A DNA stretch of 64,000 nt from the human T2T-CHM13v2.0 reference genome, Homo sapiens (GCF_009914755.1 NC_060935.1); one strand, 5' to 3'. Positions 43,270 through 60,859 are shown, numbered from the stretch's first letter. Notes: generated from the letters alone by a model not told the origin. Numbers and translations: made by a program.

Positions 43270-43460
43270 CTGTGGTAAGAGCAAGGCTTGCGAGGCTTCC
43301 CAGAGCTGAGAACGAGGACCTGCTCTGCTGCTTGCTGACTGTGTGGCCTTGAGCAAGTTCTCTAAGCCTCAGTTTTCCTACCTGTAAAATGGTAACAACA
43401 TTAAGTCCTACCTCAGATTACTACAAGGATCAAATGAGATGATGTGAGCAAGATGCATGT
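43270..43460 (+). mobile_element. MIR
   Basis: CTGTGTGGCCTTGAGCAAGTT...GCCTCAGTTTTCCTACCTGTAAAATGG core. Confidence 0.8.
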
Positions 43461-44250
43461 AGGGTAATAATAGTAACTAGAATTACTATTATTAGTTGAT
43501 TTTATAATTATAGTGATAATAATTAAATAGAAGGGTAAAACAGATTATGACAAAGTTCCAAAGTGAAAGACTTATTTTTAAGGACTATTAGCAACCAAAG
43601 AGATAACTAGGAGCTGGCATTCAGGAAAAATCAATACAGGAATTGAATTTGGCCTAGGGTTTTCAGAGGCAGAAAAGCAGCTAAGAGGTATTATAGGAAG
43701 CAGTGAAAGTCATGAACAACCGTGTAAAATTGGGAATAAGTAGGCTCAGGTGAAGCACAGTGACAAAGAAGAGTGGCAGATTCTTTTGGGACCATGAAAA
43801 AGGAAACAGATGTGAACGAAAGATGGACCTGGTTCTGGAAGACCTTAAAGTTGGCCTTGTTCTCAAGATCATTGCAGCTTTTTGTCAAATAGGATCCCAA
43901 CACAGAGAAATTTTGGTGACTCCAGGAACTGGAGGAATCACTTCCAGTACCAGCCAACCTTGCAACCAAAAGGGGCCCACTGGGAGACGGCATCGTGAAG
44001 TGAAATCAGCCCAGAGCCTCTTCCTCAGTCCTCAGACACTGCGATTGACTGCATCTTTTACTCAGTGACTCCGGTGAAAGAGCAACAGAACCTCAGAAGA
44101 CGGAACTCAGAAGGGAGAAGTTTATATTAGACAATGACATCAACCTAAATAAGAAAGAGTTGCTGGTTTTGTTGAGAAGAAATTACAGATTCCAGGCAAG
44201 TTAATGGCAGATGCAATATGCTGTTTTGGCGACGTAGTGTATATATACTT

Positions 44251-44333
44251 AGAGATGGGGGAGCGGGTCTCACTATGTTGTCCAGGCTGGCCTCGAACTG
44301 CTGAGCTCAAGCCATCCTCCTGCCTCACCTGGC
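44251..44333 (-). mobile_element. Alu left-monomer (FLAM/AluJ) fragment
   Basis: GGGTCTCACTATGTTGTCCAGGCTGGCCTCGAACTGCTGAGCTCAAGCCATCCTCCTGCCTC. Confidence 0.85.
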
Positions 44334-45362
44334 TTCATAATATTTTAACGGATTGAGTAAGCAAGTGCTTAAAAGAGTTTGTGTCATCCTACACCAAATC
44401 CTGATCTTACTCCAATAGATTCTTTTATTTTAGCCATTCTATTATGTTATTTTATCCTCCAGCTGCTTGTCTTTTTTTTTTTTTTTTAGAGAAAAATAGG
44501 TTGAAAGCAAAAGTGAGCCTGAGATTATTCAATATTGATTCTTCCGAAAAGTTATCATAACAGATTGGTTTTAGGATGGGTTTGATACTTGAGGGGATTT
44601 GTTAAGACACTAAAACACGAACTAGCACAAGTTTTGGAAGCCAGTTGATTTCATTTAGCCATATCGACCCTGCTTCCTGCTGGGTTTATGGAATCCTGTT
44701 TGGTTCACTGCATCTTCCTCTCTTTCTACACTCTCACTCATTCACAGATATGTATCGAATGCCCGCTTTCTGTAAGCTCCTGTTCTAGGGGCTAGAGACA
44801 CAGCCGTGACTACAAAAGAGTGCCCAGCATCATGCAGCTTATCTTCTAGTGGGAGAGTTAGATTTAAAAATCAAAACCAAATAGAACCACGTTGATGTTG
44901 TTCTCAAGAAAAGTAACGTAGGAAAATAGAATAGAGAGTGAAGCAAGGAGCCTGAGTGTGGCCTGTGCTTGGACAGAAGCAAAGCCTGGGGAGGCTGGAA
45001 GGTGAGCGCTGGCTGGAGAGGAAGGAGAGAGCGGTGCGAGGGAGGGGCCTGCAGGGGGGCAGCCTGTTCATAGAGCCTTAGCTTTGACTCTGAAGAAGAC
45101 GGAAAGGCATTGGAGGATGGCGAGCGGAGAAGAAACACAAGCTGCCCTAGGTCCTAACAAGATTGCTCTTCCTGTTCTGCGGAGAGGATCTGTGCTGGAG
45201 GGGATGTGAGTGAAAGACCAGATGGGAGGTGAGCACAGCTTCAGGAGAGAGACTGTGTGAACTTCCACAGGGCGGCTGAGGTGAAGGAGCTCCATGTGCA
45301 GATTCTGGATATATTTTTAAGGTAGAATTGGTGGGACATGTTGATGTGTTAAATATTGGGTG

Positions 45363-45722
45363 TTTTATGGATTGAATGTTTGTGCCTTCTCCTCCCTAAA
45401 AAAATCCTCTATACTGAAATCCCAATACACACTGTGATGTTTCTAGGAGGGGGTTGCTTTGAGAAGTGATCAGGCTATGAGGGTGGAGCCCTCATGAATG
45501 GGACCTGTGTCCTTATAAAAGAGACCCCAGACAGCTCTCTCTTTCCACCATGTGAGGTTATAACGAGAAGATAGCTGTCAGTGCCCAGAAGCAAGCCCTC
45601 ACTATGCTGGCACCCTGATAGTGGACTTCCAGCTTCCAGGGCTGTGAGAAATAAGTTCTTATTGTTTTATTAGCCACTCAGGCTATGGCACTTTCTTACA
45701 GTAGCAGGAACAAACTATGACA
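45363..45722 (+). mobile_element. MLT1A solo LTR
   Basis: TTATGGATTGAATGTTTGTG; GAGGGTGGAGCCCTCATGAATGGGA; ends ACTATGACA; TSD-like GGGTG/GGCTG. Confidence 0.88.
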
Positions 45723-46109
45723 GGCTGTAAGATATAAAAGGAAAGTCAAAGATAAAACTAGGAATTTTGGCCTAAGCAACAAGAAGAATGAACTTGTCAT
45801 CCAAGACGATAGGAAAGACTGAAGGAGGAAAAGGTTGGCAGGGAGTTTGAGTGGGTGGTAGAGGTATGACAATCTGGAGACCCTGGAGGTTAGTTTTTGA
45901 CAAGTTAAGTTTGGAAAACCTGTTAGACATTCAAACAGAGATGTCATGTAGGCAGTTGAATGCACAAGTTTGGATTTCAGGAGATTGTTCAGGGCTAAAT
46001 GTATATTTGTGGTTGTCCTCAGCATATATATGGTATTAAAATATCCTGAAGCTGGATGAGGCCACCCAGGGGTACAGTAAAGACAGAGAACTAAGAGATT
46101 CAGAACTGA

Positions 46110-46550
<441 letters not shown>

Positions 46551-47202
46551 TAACCATTGAATGTATTATGGTAGAAGTCATCAGTGTCATTGTTAAGGGA
46601 ATTTTGGTAAAATAATAGATATGTGTCATGAACTAAATACTTATATTTTCTAAAATTTATATATTGAAAACTTAACCACCAATGGGCTGGAATGGAAGTA
46701 AATTATATAATATAAAGCTATTAGCATGTGTATGTCTGCTGATAGAAATAGTCCAATAGAAAAAGACAGCTGAGGAAGTAGGAAGGGACAACCACAGGAG
46801 GCAGGAAACAGGATCCAGAGCACAGGTGGAGGCTCAATCTATACAAACCAAGGTGGCTGTCCATTCCAAATAAAGGAAGGAAACATACTTGTCTTGGTAG
46901 GTATGGTGGCATGGGTGCGTGCACACTCTCTTTTGATGGCAACCACATTCTTAGCAAAATAGCAGCAAGTCAAGAACGAGGAGAGACAGGAAAGATAGGA
47001 GATCTGAAGATCATTTTATTGAATTTTGCTTATGCATACATAACTATTTGTCTAGCAACGGATTTGAATATTCTGTACAAATCCACGTACGATATTTTAA
47101 TGAAAAAAGAAAATAAGAGATGATAACCTACTGAAACAAAAATCCTGACCTACTGACAAATACTTGCCTTGGCAATACAGAACATTCTTTGTAAAGAAAA
47201 CC

Positions 47203-47268
47203 TTTTTTTTTTTTTGAGACAGAGTCTCACTCTGTCGCCCAGGCTGGTGTGCAATGTGTGCAATGGCA
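47203..47268 (-). mobile_element. Short Alu 3' fragment
   Basis: Poly-T plus GAGACAGAGTCTCACTCTGTCGCCCAGGCTGG. Confidence 0.85.
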
Positions 47269-47939
47269 TTTACCCCACCCTTCCACCAAAGGCATTCCAG
47301 GTCTGCCTTCTGGGTATTAACACGGTATATTTTCTATGTTTCTGAATGGATAATCTACATTAATTTTATGGGTAACATAATCTACCCAGAGGCTGCAGCA
47401 ACTCACAAGTTGTTCGGAGGATAGAAGATAAAATATTATCAAGTGGTGTCTCTTCAAAATGTGATCATGAACAAACCGGAACAAGAACAGGTTTGTTCAA
47501 GATCAAGAACAAAAGCTGATCATGGCTAAGTCTCTCATTTGGGTCAAAATCCAACCTCCCCTGTCCCTTTCTTTACCAAACACAGTTCCTCTATCTTCCA
47601 TCATTCTATATCTCCTTATTTTATTCTTTGTGGCCTCTGGCTGTATTTTTGGTTTACTCCTTTCCTGCCCGGGGTGTCCACTCCTCCAGCGGTGGTGAGA
47701 CTCTGCTCCTGAGATGCTCTGAATGCTTCTAAGTCTCTCTAAACACTGCCACCAGCCCCAGATCCATCTACAGCAGGGTGCTGCAGTGTGGGTGAGAGTC
47801 AGAAACTTGATTATAAGTGCTTAGAGACCACTAGATAAAATCCACAAACCTTGAGGAGATTTCAGTCAAATACTAAATTCATTGTCTTTGTACTGGTGGA
47901 CCAGAGGCAGAGGATCTGCATATGGTAAGAGTCTGCATT

Positions 47940-48160
47940 TACTTAGCACCTTTTTGTTGTTTTTAGTCCAGGAAAGCATTTTACATCAGTGATCTCATGT
48001 AATCTTCACTCCAATTTCAAGAAATAGGAATTATTAGCCCCATTTTCCAAATGAGGAAACTGAAATTCTGAGAACTTGGCCAAGGTCAGGGAGCTATTGA
48101 GTGGCAGAACTGGAATTTAACCAAGTTCCGTCGGCATCCAAAGCCCTATGCTCATAATCA
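47940..48160 (-). mobile_element. MIR
   Basis: CCCATTTTCCAAATGAGGAAACTGAA...ACTTGGCCAAGGTCA core. Confidence 0.8.
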
Positions 48161-49249
48161 CAGCTTATTTTCTGCATCTATGAGACCTCCACTGAACTGC
48201 TGTTTATTCAGGCTATGTGTGTGAAAGAAAAGTGCCAGTCAATACTTGAATTGCTTAAGGTGGAGAGTCCACCATTTCTGTTTCTCAGCACATGTGCTTA
48301 TAACTGTTAGTGAGGAGAAACCAGTCTTCACAAAAGCAAAGCCCAATAACACTATCTCTGCATTTCAGTGGGCAGATTGGGAATTAGACACATGGTCTAA
48401 TCAACCCACATGCACACACAGTATTTAAAAGGCATGCGATACTACAGAACAATGCTTCTCTAGAGACAGGATGTTGGCAACAAACAAGATGCTAAATAGT
48501 TGAACCAAAGGACCCACAGACACAAAAGCAGGCTTGGGTGTGATCAAGCATGACATGTGCATGGGGAGGAGTGTTTTTGTGCAGTTTGGATGATAGATTG
48601 GTTGTGCTAATTAATTGTGTATTTTGAAGTTTGTTGCCACTTCACACCAAGCATCCCCTTAAAATAAATAAAAAAAAAAAATTAAAAGAGAGAGAGAGAG
48701 AAGCAAAACAAAAAACCTAATCTAATATTCAACAAACATTCTGCACCCAAACAGCACATCTTTGTCTGAAACCTTAGTTCCAGGAACCACTTACAGGCTT
48801 TCATCAACACATTATAATATTAATCAAGACTCATAATGCAGAGTGATTTGCATGCCAACAAATATATTTACACTGTAAATTGTTTGTTGAGGAGCCTTGG
48901 AGAGAAATGCAATTCACTGCCATAGAACTGAATCATAAGGAAAATCCCCCACTAAAATCCAGAGAAAATAAAGAATCTGTAGAAGTTGATCCTCTAGAGC
49001 CTTGAGTAAAAGATTTGTTAGCATGCCATCCAAATCCTTACAAAGAATTTAGCTCCCAACCTACTCAATGTTGTTTTTTTTTTTTAATTAGTTTCACTAT
49101 AAGTTTGGATGGCCTTTTCTCTTTCTCCTTTTACTGGCATAGCTTTTAGAATTGGTGCCACAATTACAGCTTTAACTGGGAGAAGATAGATTGAAGGATA
49201 GATAGATGATATATAAAAGACAGGCCTCCTTCCTGATAAGCGCCTGAGG

Positions 49250-49720
49250 AATTTTAGGTCTCTCAGTTGGCTCTTGTTGAGTCCACCTTCTAAACAATTT
49301 GTCCACTTCTTCATTCCCATCTCCACTATTGTAATCATAGCCACTAATCTTATCCTTCCTGGATTACTGCAATAGCTGCCTTACTGGCTCTTTACATCCA
49401 ATCTTGATTTGTTTTTTTTGGTGTAATAATTTATAGCACCCAAATTCAGTATAGTTGATAGGAGATGAGTTTGTGTGATAAATTCCATGGTCACCTTCCT
49501 CAGGAGGCTTTGCACTCTGGCCCCACAAGCCCTCCATTCACTACTCCCCCTCCCTATCTGACTTTCTGACATCACTCACAGAGGCCATACTCCTTCCTGG
49601 CTCCCAGTCTATCTTAGAGACCCTACTGATACATTCTCCCAGCACTCTGTACTTCCATTTCAGAGCACTTATCCCAGTAAGCAATTAAATAATAATTTAA
49701 TTCATTTAATTTGAAGTGTA
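49250..49720 (+). mobile_element. L2 fragment
   Basis: CCTGGATTACTGCAATAGCTGCCTTACTGG and similar L2 motifs. Confidence 0.55.
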
Positions 49721-50631
49721 TCTCCCTCATTCTGATTCATTTTCATAATGTATTCCTGAATTATGAGAGTTGCGAAGTCCAAGAACAATATACTAGGAGA
49801 GTGCTGATGAAAATATAATTGTCTTCCTTTATTTTGGCAAATATAAATTTAGTGTCCATTGTATGCAAGTACTGTTTAGCTAGTTAGCCAGCTAGCTGGC
49901 TACATACCTACATACATACATATCTGGATCTAAATCTAAATCTAAATAGATGTGTACCCATTATTGCACATATATAGATAGATATAGATAATAGGTAGAC
50001 AGACAGATAATAGACAGACTTACATATACATATCTGCCTGTCAATCTGCATAGTGCAGTGATGGGTATACATAGGAACTGTGGGTCTCAGTTGAGGAAGA
50101 GGTCATTTCAGGTGGTAAGATCAGTGAAAACTTCCTCTGGAGGAAGTGAAACTGGAAAGAGGACTCAAATAATCTATTGTTTAACCACCAGCCCATCAAG
50201 ATTATTTCCACTGAGCCAAAATATATTACAGGCACAATGGGGGAAAATGATCCTTTAGCTCCCAGGTGTCTTTGGTTTTGCATTTACCTCTCTCTTCCTG
50301 GGATCTGTTACCATCATGCACATCAACTTTAATTTTATCTCCTAGCAGGCAAAGAAAGAGGCATGTTAAGTGGTAAGTGGAAAGAAGACCTAGTCAGAGT
50401 TACAACCAACTTCTGCATATGCATTCAACCAGCAGGCATCCATTAAGGTCTACTGTGCCTGGGCTGAGAGTGCCAGCTCCACTAAGGGAAGGGAAGCCAG
50501 CAGGGTGCAGCTGCAGGGCACAGAGCAGGTAGAAAGTCAGCCCTTCAGCATCAGCCTCCAACAGTAAGAGGTGTTTCAGAAGCCACAAAGACTAATAAGG
50601 TACTGCTCTTGTATTTAAGCGACTTACTCCA

Positions 50632-50986
50632 TGATATGGTTTGGCTGTGTCCCCACCCAAATCTCATCTTGAATTCTGATGTGTTGTGGAGGGACCCGAT
50701 GGGAGTTTATTGAATCATGGGGATAAGTCTTTCCTGTGCTATTCTCATGATAATGAATAAGTCTCACAAGATCTGACGGTTTTTAAAAGAGGAGCTCCCC
50801 TGCAGAAGCTCTCTCTCTCTTTGCTTGCTGCCATCTATGTAAGATGTGACTTGCTCTTACTTACCTTCCACCATGATTGTGAGGCTTCCCAGCCACATGG
50901 AACTGTAAGTCCAATTAAACATCTTTTTTTTTAATTGCCCAGTCTCAGATACATCTTTATCAGCAGAATGAAAACAGACTAATACA
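50632..50986 (+). mobile_element. THE1 (THE1A/B-like) solo LTR
   Basis: TGATATGGTTTGGCTGTGTCCCCACCCAAATCTC...CAGACTAATACA; TSD-like CTCCA/TTCCA. Confidence 0.93.
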
Positions 50987-51429
50987 TTCCATCACAAAGA
51001 AACAGCCTAAAGAAGTAGGCACCATGTCACATAATGAGAACTGGGAGATTCTCCTGAGAAAGAGGATAAGGGGTGATAGGGGGACCACAGAGTAAGTGAC
51101 TAAGGGAGGGGCAGGCTCAGAAATGGCTTCAAAATTAATGTGACCATGAGCTGAGTTTGGAATGTCAGTGGCTGTCAGAGTGATGCTAGAAAGGGTGATG
51201 TGCTGGGTGAAAGGAAGACCTCAAGCAAAGACATTGGAAATGACTTGGCTAGTTTCTGGAAATCAAGCAGTTCAGAATAAGGAAGTTCAACTAAAGATTC
51301 ATCCACAGTGTTCTAGGGGTGGGATGCATGGGAGGGAAAGAAATCTGCTGAAGAAGTGGGGCTGAAGACCAAGCCTTGACAAGCTTTGTACCACACTAAC
51401 GTGTATTCGAAAGTTTCCTTACAGACAAA

Positions 51430-51900
51430 TGTATGTTTAGAAAATTTGTAATTAAAAACTCAAATATATAGAAAATTTGAAATCAGTGTAAGATTGAACC
51501 ATAGAAAACTACTGTTTTTAGGTCAAAATGGTCTAATATTGACAATTTCCTATGGTTCAACCTAAATATAAGAAAGACTCCTGTATCTTCATGTAGATTG
51601 AGCAATTGCTAATATTTTGCCATATTTGCTTCATCTTTCTTCTTGCAATATTTTAAAGTTAATTACACCCACTATGGCATCTCTTTCATAAATATTTAAT
51701 ATATACCTTTACAAATTATATATGTTTCTACAGAAACACAATATGGTCCTCATGCTTAATATAATCAACAAACATTCCTTTACATCACCCAATACTCAGC
51801 TGACAGATATTCAAATTTCTCCAGTTTTTTAAAACATGTATTTTACACCTGATTTATTCAAACTTGGATCCTATCAAGAACCATATATTGCACGTGGTTG
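51430..51900 (-). mobile_element. Old L1ME 3' fragment
   Basis: CAATTGCTAATATTTTGCCATATTTGCTTCATC, ATATTCAAATTTCTCCAG typical of reverse L1ME. Confidence 0.6.
51489..51565. mobile_element. MADE2-like mariner MITE
   Basis: About 80 bp with inverted termini TAAGATTGAACCATAGAAA / TTTCCTATGGTTCAACCTAA. Confidence 0.8.
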
Positions 51901-53425
51901 CTATATTTCTTACATAAAAGATGTCTTTAAAAGAGTAGTTGCAGGCAAAGCCATTCGGGCTATGTTTTACCTATAAAATTATGACCTTAATATATTCTAA
52001 GTGAAAAAATAATTTGTGTGGTTCATGGATTCATTTCTGTAATAAGAATCATATATAGTCAAAGTCTGCTCATATTTTTAGTTAGGTAAACTGAGGTATG
52101 GAACGGTTACTTGCTTTGCTATAGCTCACACAGTTTGTCATTAATATGTCACCATTTTATAAGTCCTTTACAGTCAAAGTAAAGCCACAACCACCAACAA
52201 AGCAACAACACAGGTATATATTACTGAGTTACAGTTTTCTACACATCTCCAGAGTGTGGCTAATGCTGGTGAGGAGCACACCACCCCTTAACAAGAGTGA
52301 TGTGGCCTCGGAACAGGTGTGCCACACAGCAAGTGGCTGACAGCTTATCTTGCAAAAGGAAGTCTGTCCAGCTGCTAGGAAAATGCAGGAAACACCATGT
52401 CCCCTGTCTACTCTGTCCTCAGGATCATAGAAATGGGCTGTAAGAAACCCTGCTAGGGGCAGCCTACTTGCAGTCAGTTGCTGTGCTCCAAACTCAACTC
52501 ATGACCTCCTGACCAGGGTGGTGACGGCTGTGCAGTTGAATCATGAGTTGTATAAGTCAATTAAATGCATGTTATAAGAGTACTAATTTTATGTATACGC
52601 CTACAAGAGGGTGTGCCTTCTTCCCGAGTTCTTGAAATACTCGGATGCTAGTGATGCTCCCAACACTAAACACTCTGAGTAGAATCATTAGTGGGGCACC
52701 AAGGGAGAAGTGATTAGAAGATGAGAAATAACTGAAGACGTGGAACTAAGAGATGGTATTTCTGAATGCTAAGGTAACAGGGTTTCTTGGCAGCAAAAAC
52801 AAACAGAGACATATGATGAGCATGTAAATTATCAGGCGTACATTTCCTTTCATAATACATTGTCAAAATCATCATCATCAACATCTTTGCCATGTTGCTC
52901 CTAGGTGCGACTGTGTTAACATTTAGCACTAAGGAGAGCTCCTAAAAGAGTAACTCATTTACTTCATAACCTGTTTATTGTGTTTCATGCATATAATATT
53001 GTGTTTGGTAGCATGAGAAATATAATGATAAACATATTTATGGCTCATGTAGAAATCAAAACTATACCTCCGAAATGAGGCTCCAAAATATTGGAAATTG
53101 GCTAAGTAACTTCTATGTTAATTAACTCGAATATAATTTATAGAATGCCGTACTAAGAACCAGAATCTGTTCAAGGTCTTCTTTTTTCTTTTTCTTTTTT
53201 TATTATACTTTAAGTTCTGGGATACATGTGCAGAACGTGCAGGTTTGTTACATAGGCAAACATGTGCCATGGTGGTTTGCTGCACCCATCAACCCATCAT
53301 CTACATTGGGTATTTCTCCTAATGCTATTCCTACCCTTGCTCCCCACCCCCTGACAGGCCCTGATGTGTGATGTTCCCCTCCCATATGTTCTCATTGTTC
53401 ATATGTGCCCATATGTTCTCATTGT

Positions 53426-57247
<3,822 letters not shown>

Positions 57248-57310
57248 TATGATGCTAACTGGTTATTTTGCCCATTAGTTGATGCAGTTTCTTTACAGTG
57301 TCGATGGCCT

Positions 57311-58349
57311 TTATATTTTGGTATGTTTGTGCAGTGGCTGGTACCAGTTTTTCCTTTCCATATTTAGTGCTTCCTTCAGGAGCTCTTGTAAGGCAGGCCT
57401 GGTGGTGACAAAATCCCTAGCATTTGCTTGTCTGTAAAGGATTTTATTTGTCCTTTGCTTATGAAGCTTAGTTTGGTGGGATATGAAATTCTGGGTTGAA
57501 AATTCTTTTCTTTAAGAATGTTGAATATTGGCCCCCACTCTCTTCTGGCTTGTAGGGTTTCTCCAGAGAGATCTGCTGTTAGTCTGATGAGCTTCCCTTT
57601 GTGAGTAACCTGGCCTTTCTCTCTGGCTGCGCTTAACTTTTTTTTTTTTTTTTTTTCATTTCAACCTTGGTAAATCTGGTGATTATGTGTCTTAGGGTTG
57701 CTCTCCTCAAGGAGTATCTTTGTGGTGTTCTCTGTATTTCCTTAATGTGAATGTTGGCCTGTCTTGCTAGGTTGGGGAAGTTCTACTGGATGATATCACG
57801 AAGTGTGTTTTCCAACTTGGTTCCATTTTCCCCGTCAGTTTCATATACACCTATCAAACGTAGGTTTACTGTTTTCACATAGTCCCTTATTTCTTGGAGG
57901 CTTTGTTCATTCCTTTTTATTCTTTTTTCTCTAATCTTGTCTTAACGCTTTATTTCATTAAGTTGATCTTTGGTCTCTGATATCTTTTCTTCTGCTTGAT
58001 CGATTCAGCTATCGATACTTGTGTATGCTTCACGAAGTTCTCGTACTGTGTTTTTCGGCTCCATCACATCATTTATCTTCTTCTCTTAACTGGTTATTCT
58101 AGTTAGCAGTTCCCGTAACCTTTTATCAAGGTTCTTAGCTTCCTTGCATTGGGTTAGAACATGCTCCTTTAGCTCGGAAGAGTTTGTTATTACCCACCTT
58201 CTGAAGCCTACTTCTGTCAATTGATCAAACTCATTCTCCATCCAGTTTTGTTCCATTGCTGGTGAGGAGTTGTGGGCCTTTGGAGGAGAAGAGGCATTCT
58301 GGTTTTTGGAATATTCAGCCTTTTTGCACTGGTTTTTCCTCATCTTCAT
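57311..58349 (-). pseudogene. Disrupted L1 ORF1 (RNA-binding protein)
   Basis: MRKNQCKKAEYSKNQNASSPPK...LTEVGFRRWVITNSSELKEHVLTQCKEAK N-terminus; premature stop after 87 aa. Confidence 0.92.
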
Positions 58350-59664
58350 GGATTTATCTACCTCTGGTCTTTGATGTTGGTGACCTTTGGATGGGTTTTT
58401 GCGTGGGTGTCTTTTTTGTTGATGTTGATGCTCTCGCTTTCTGTTTGTTAGTTTTCCTTCTAACAGTCAGGCCCCTCTTCTGCAGGTCTGCTGGAGTTTG
58501 CTGGAGGTCCACTCCAGACCCTGTTTCCCTGGGTATCATCAGCGGGAGCTGCAGAACAGCGAAGATTGCTGCCTGCTCCTTCCTCTGGAAGCTTCATCCC
58601 AAAGGGGCACCTGCCAAGATGCCAGCTGGAGCTCTCCTGTATGAGGTGTCTTTCAACCCCTGCTGGGAGTTGTCTCCCAGACAGGAGGCATGGGGGTCAG
58701 GGACCCACTTGAGGGGCAGTCTGTCCCTTAGCAGAGCCTGAGCCCTGTCCTGGGACATCCGCCTCTCTCCTCAGACCTGGCAGGCAGGAACGTTTAAGTC
58801 TGATGAAGCTGCACCCATAGCTGCTCCTTCCCCCAGGTGCTCTGTCCCAGGGAGATGGGAGTTTTATCTGTAAGACCCTGACTGGGGCTGCTGCCTTTCT
58901 TTCAGAAATGCCCTGCCCAGAGAGGAGGAATCTAGAGAGGCAGTCTGGCTACAGCGACTTTGCCACATTGCAGTGGGTTCCACACCAAGTTCGAACTTCC
59001 TGGTGGCTTTGTTTACACTGTGAGGGGAAAACCACCTATTCAAGCCTCAGTAATGGTGGATGCCCGTCCCCCCACCAAGCTCGAGAGTCCTAGGTCAACT
59101 TCAGACTACTGTGCTAGCAGCGAAAATTTCAACCCAGTGAATCATAGCTTTTTGGGCTCCGTGGGGGTGGGATCTGCTGAGCAAGCCCACTCGGCTCCCT
59201 GGCTTCAGCCCCCTTTCCAGGGGAGTTAATGGTTCTGTCTCACTGGTGTTCCACGTGCCACTGAGGTACAAAAAAATACACCTGCAGCTAGCTCGGTGCC
59301 TGCCCAAAGAGCCGCCCAGTTTTGTCCTTGAAACCCAGGGCCCTGGTGGTGTAGGCACCTGAAAGAATCTCCTGGTCTGTGGGTTGCGAAGAACATGGGA
59401 AAAGCGTAGTATCTGGGCCAGATAGCACCATCCCTCATGTCACAGTCCCTCATGGCTTCCCTTGGCTAGGGGAGGGAGTTCCCTGAACCCTTGTGCTTCC
59501 CGGGTGAGGCGACACCCCACCCTGCTTCTGCTCACCCTCCATGGGCTGCACCCATTGTCTAACCAGTCCCAATGAGATGAACTGGGTACCTCAGTTGGAA
59601 ATGCAGAAATGACCTGCGTTCTGTGTTGGTCTTGCTGGCAGCTGCAGACCAAAGCTGTTTCTAT

Positions 59665-59677
59665 TCGGCCATCTTGC
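59665..59677 (-). promoter_or_regulatory. YY1 site of the L1 5'UTR promoter
   Basis: Minus strand GCAAGATGGCCGA at the canonical position near the L1 5' end. Confidence 0.8.
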
Positions 59678-59689
59678 CAGGCCCCCATT

Positions 59690-59905
59690 ATTCAAGGCCT
59701 TTACATTGATTAAGTCATTTAATCTACTCAATACTAATTTCATTTTAGTAATAGTACTAATTATACATATTAATATATTACAGGAGGAATTTGAGATCCA
59801 GAGCAATTGGGACAATTTCTTGAGGTTAACAGCTAGTAAGTGGGGGAGTTAAGATTGCACCCACATTTGCCTAATTTGAAAAGTGACGCTCTTTCCACTA
59901 TGCGT
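59690..59905 (-). mobile_element. MIR (probable host of the L1 insertion)
   Basis: GTCATTTAATCT...TTGAGGTTAACAGCTAGTAAGTGG...GCTCTTTCCACTATGC. Confidence 0.65.
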
Positions 59906-60859
59906 TGTGGCTTCTTATGATCAAAATGTTCTTTTAAATGAGAAGTCCAGGAAAAGCTATCTGGGGGCATCTTCAGGGAGATACTATTAGTGATGCATAG
60001 AATGACTACATCTGATGTAATGAGTTGTAAACATCTGAAAGGAGCTACTGATTAATACAGAAGAAGAGGGGTAGAAAAAGAACGCAGACAGACACAGTGC
60101 TGCTGGAATGTCCCAGGTTTCTGTGTGGCAGAGCCCTGGAGAGTGCTCTTGGTGTTGTCCATGCGGCCCTGCCTAGCTAAGCACAGGAGCTGTCACTCCT
60201 CGGAAGGTGGCCACACCAAGCTGCTCTCTCACTGGCTCCTGCTGAGCCATGCCTTCCCCGCTTTCATTCCGCATCTTACCACAAAGAGAACTCATTTTGC
60301 TCACAAACACTAGAACTCAATGATAAATAAATCAACTTGTGAATATGAAGGCAACCACGTTCTGGCCTCAGAAGCCTTGCTTTGCCTGACGACTACCAGG
60401 GCTCCCTCTAGGCCTCAAAGGCATTATGCCAGTCACCTTATGGAAATTTAAGTGAGTATGTTGAGATGTTCTTTAAGCTGCTGGGTAGCTGATCAGCAGG
60501 AGGCATTGATCTCCCAGCACAGAGATGTTCCAAAGAGGAAAAAGGAAAATAATTAGAAAATCAAAGAAATGCCTATTACCAGCTCCGCTGTGGTCATAAG
60601 CTTTGAAATAAGGAGTTAGCACTAAGATGCCTGTGGCTCAGGGCTGGCCAGAAAGTGGAAGTATAGAGTGGGTGAGGTTTTGTGTTCATCCTTCCTCCCA
60701 CCCCACCATTGCTGCTCACCGCCCAACCCAACAAGTGCATGCACAGCCTGTGAGCCTTTCCTCATGGGCCTACTCATCCTACCTGCTGGGGAAGTAATCT
60801 TCCCTAAGATTGGTGGCATTCCCTGAAACTGGTGACTAACTGCATGACTGCAGAGAGAA

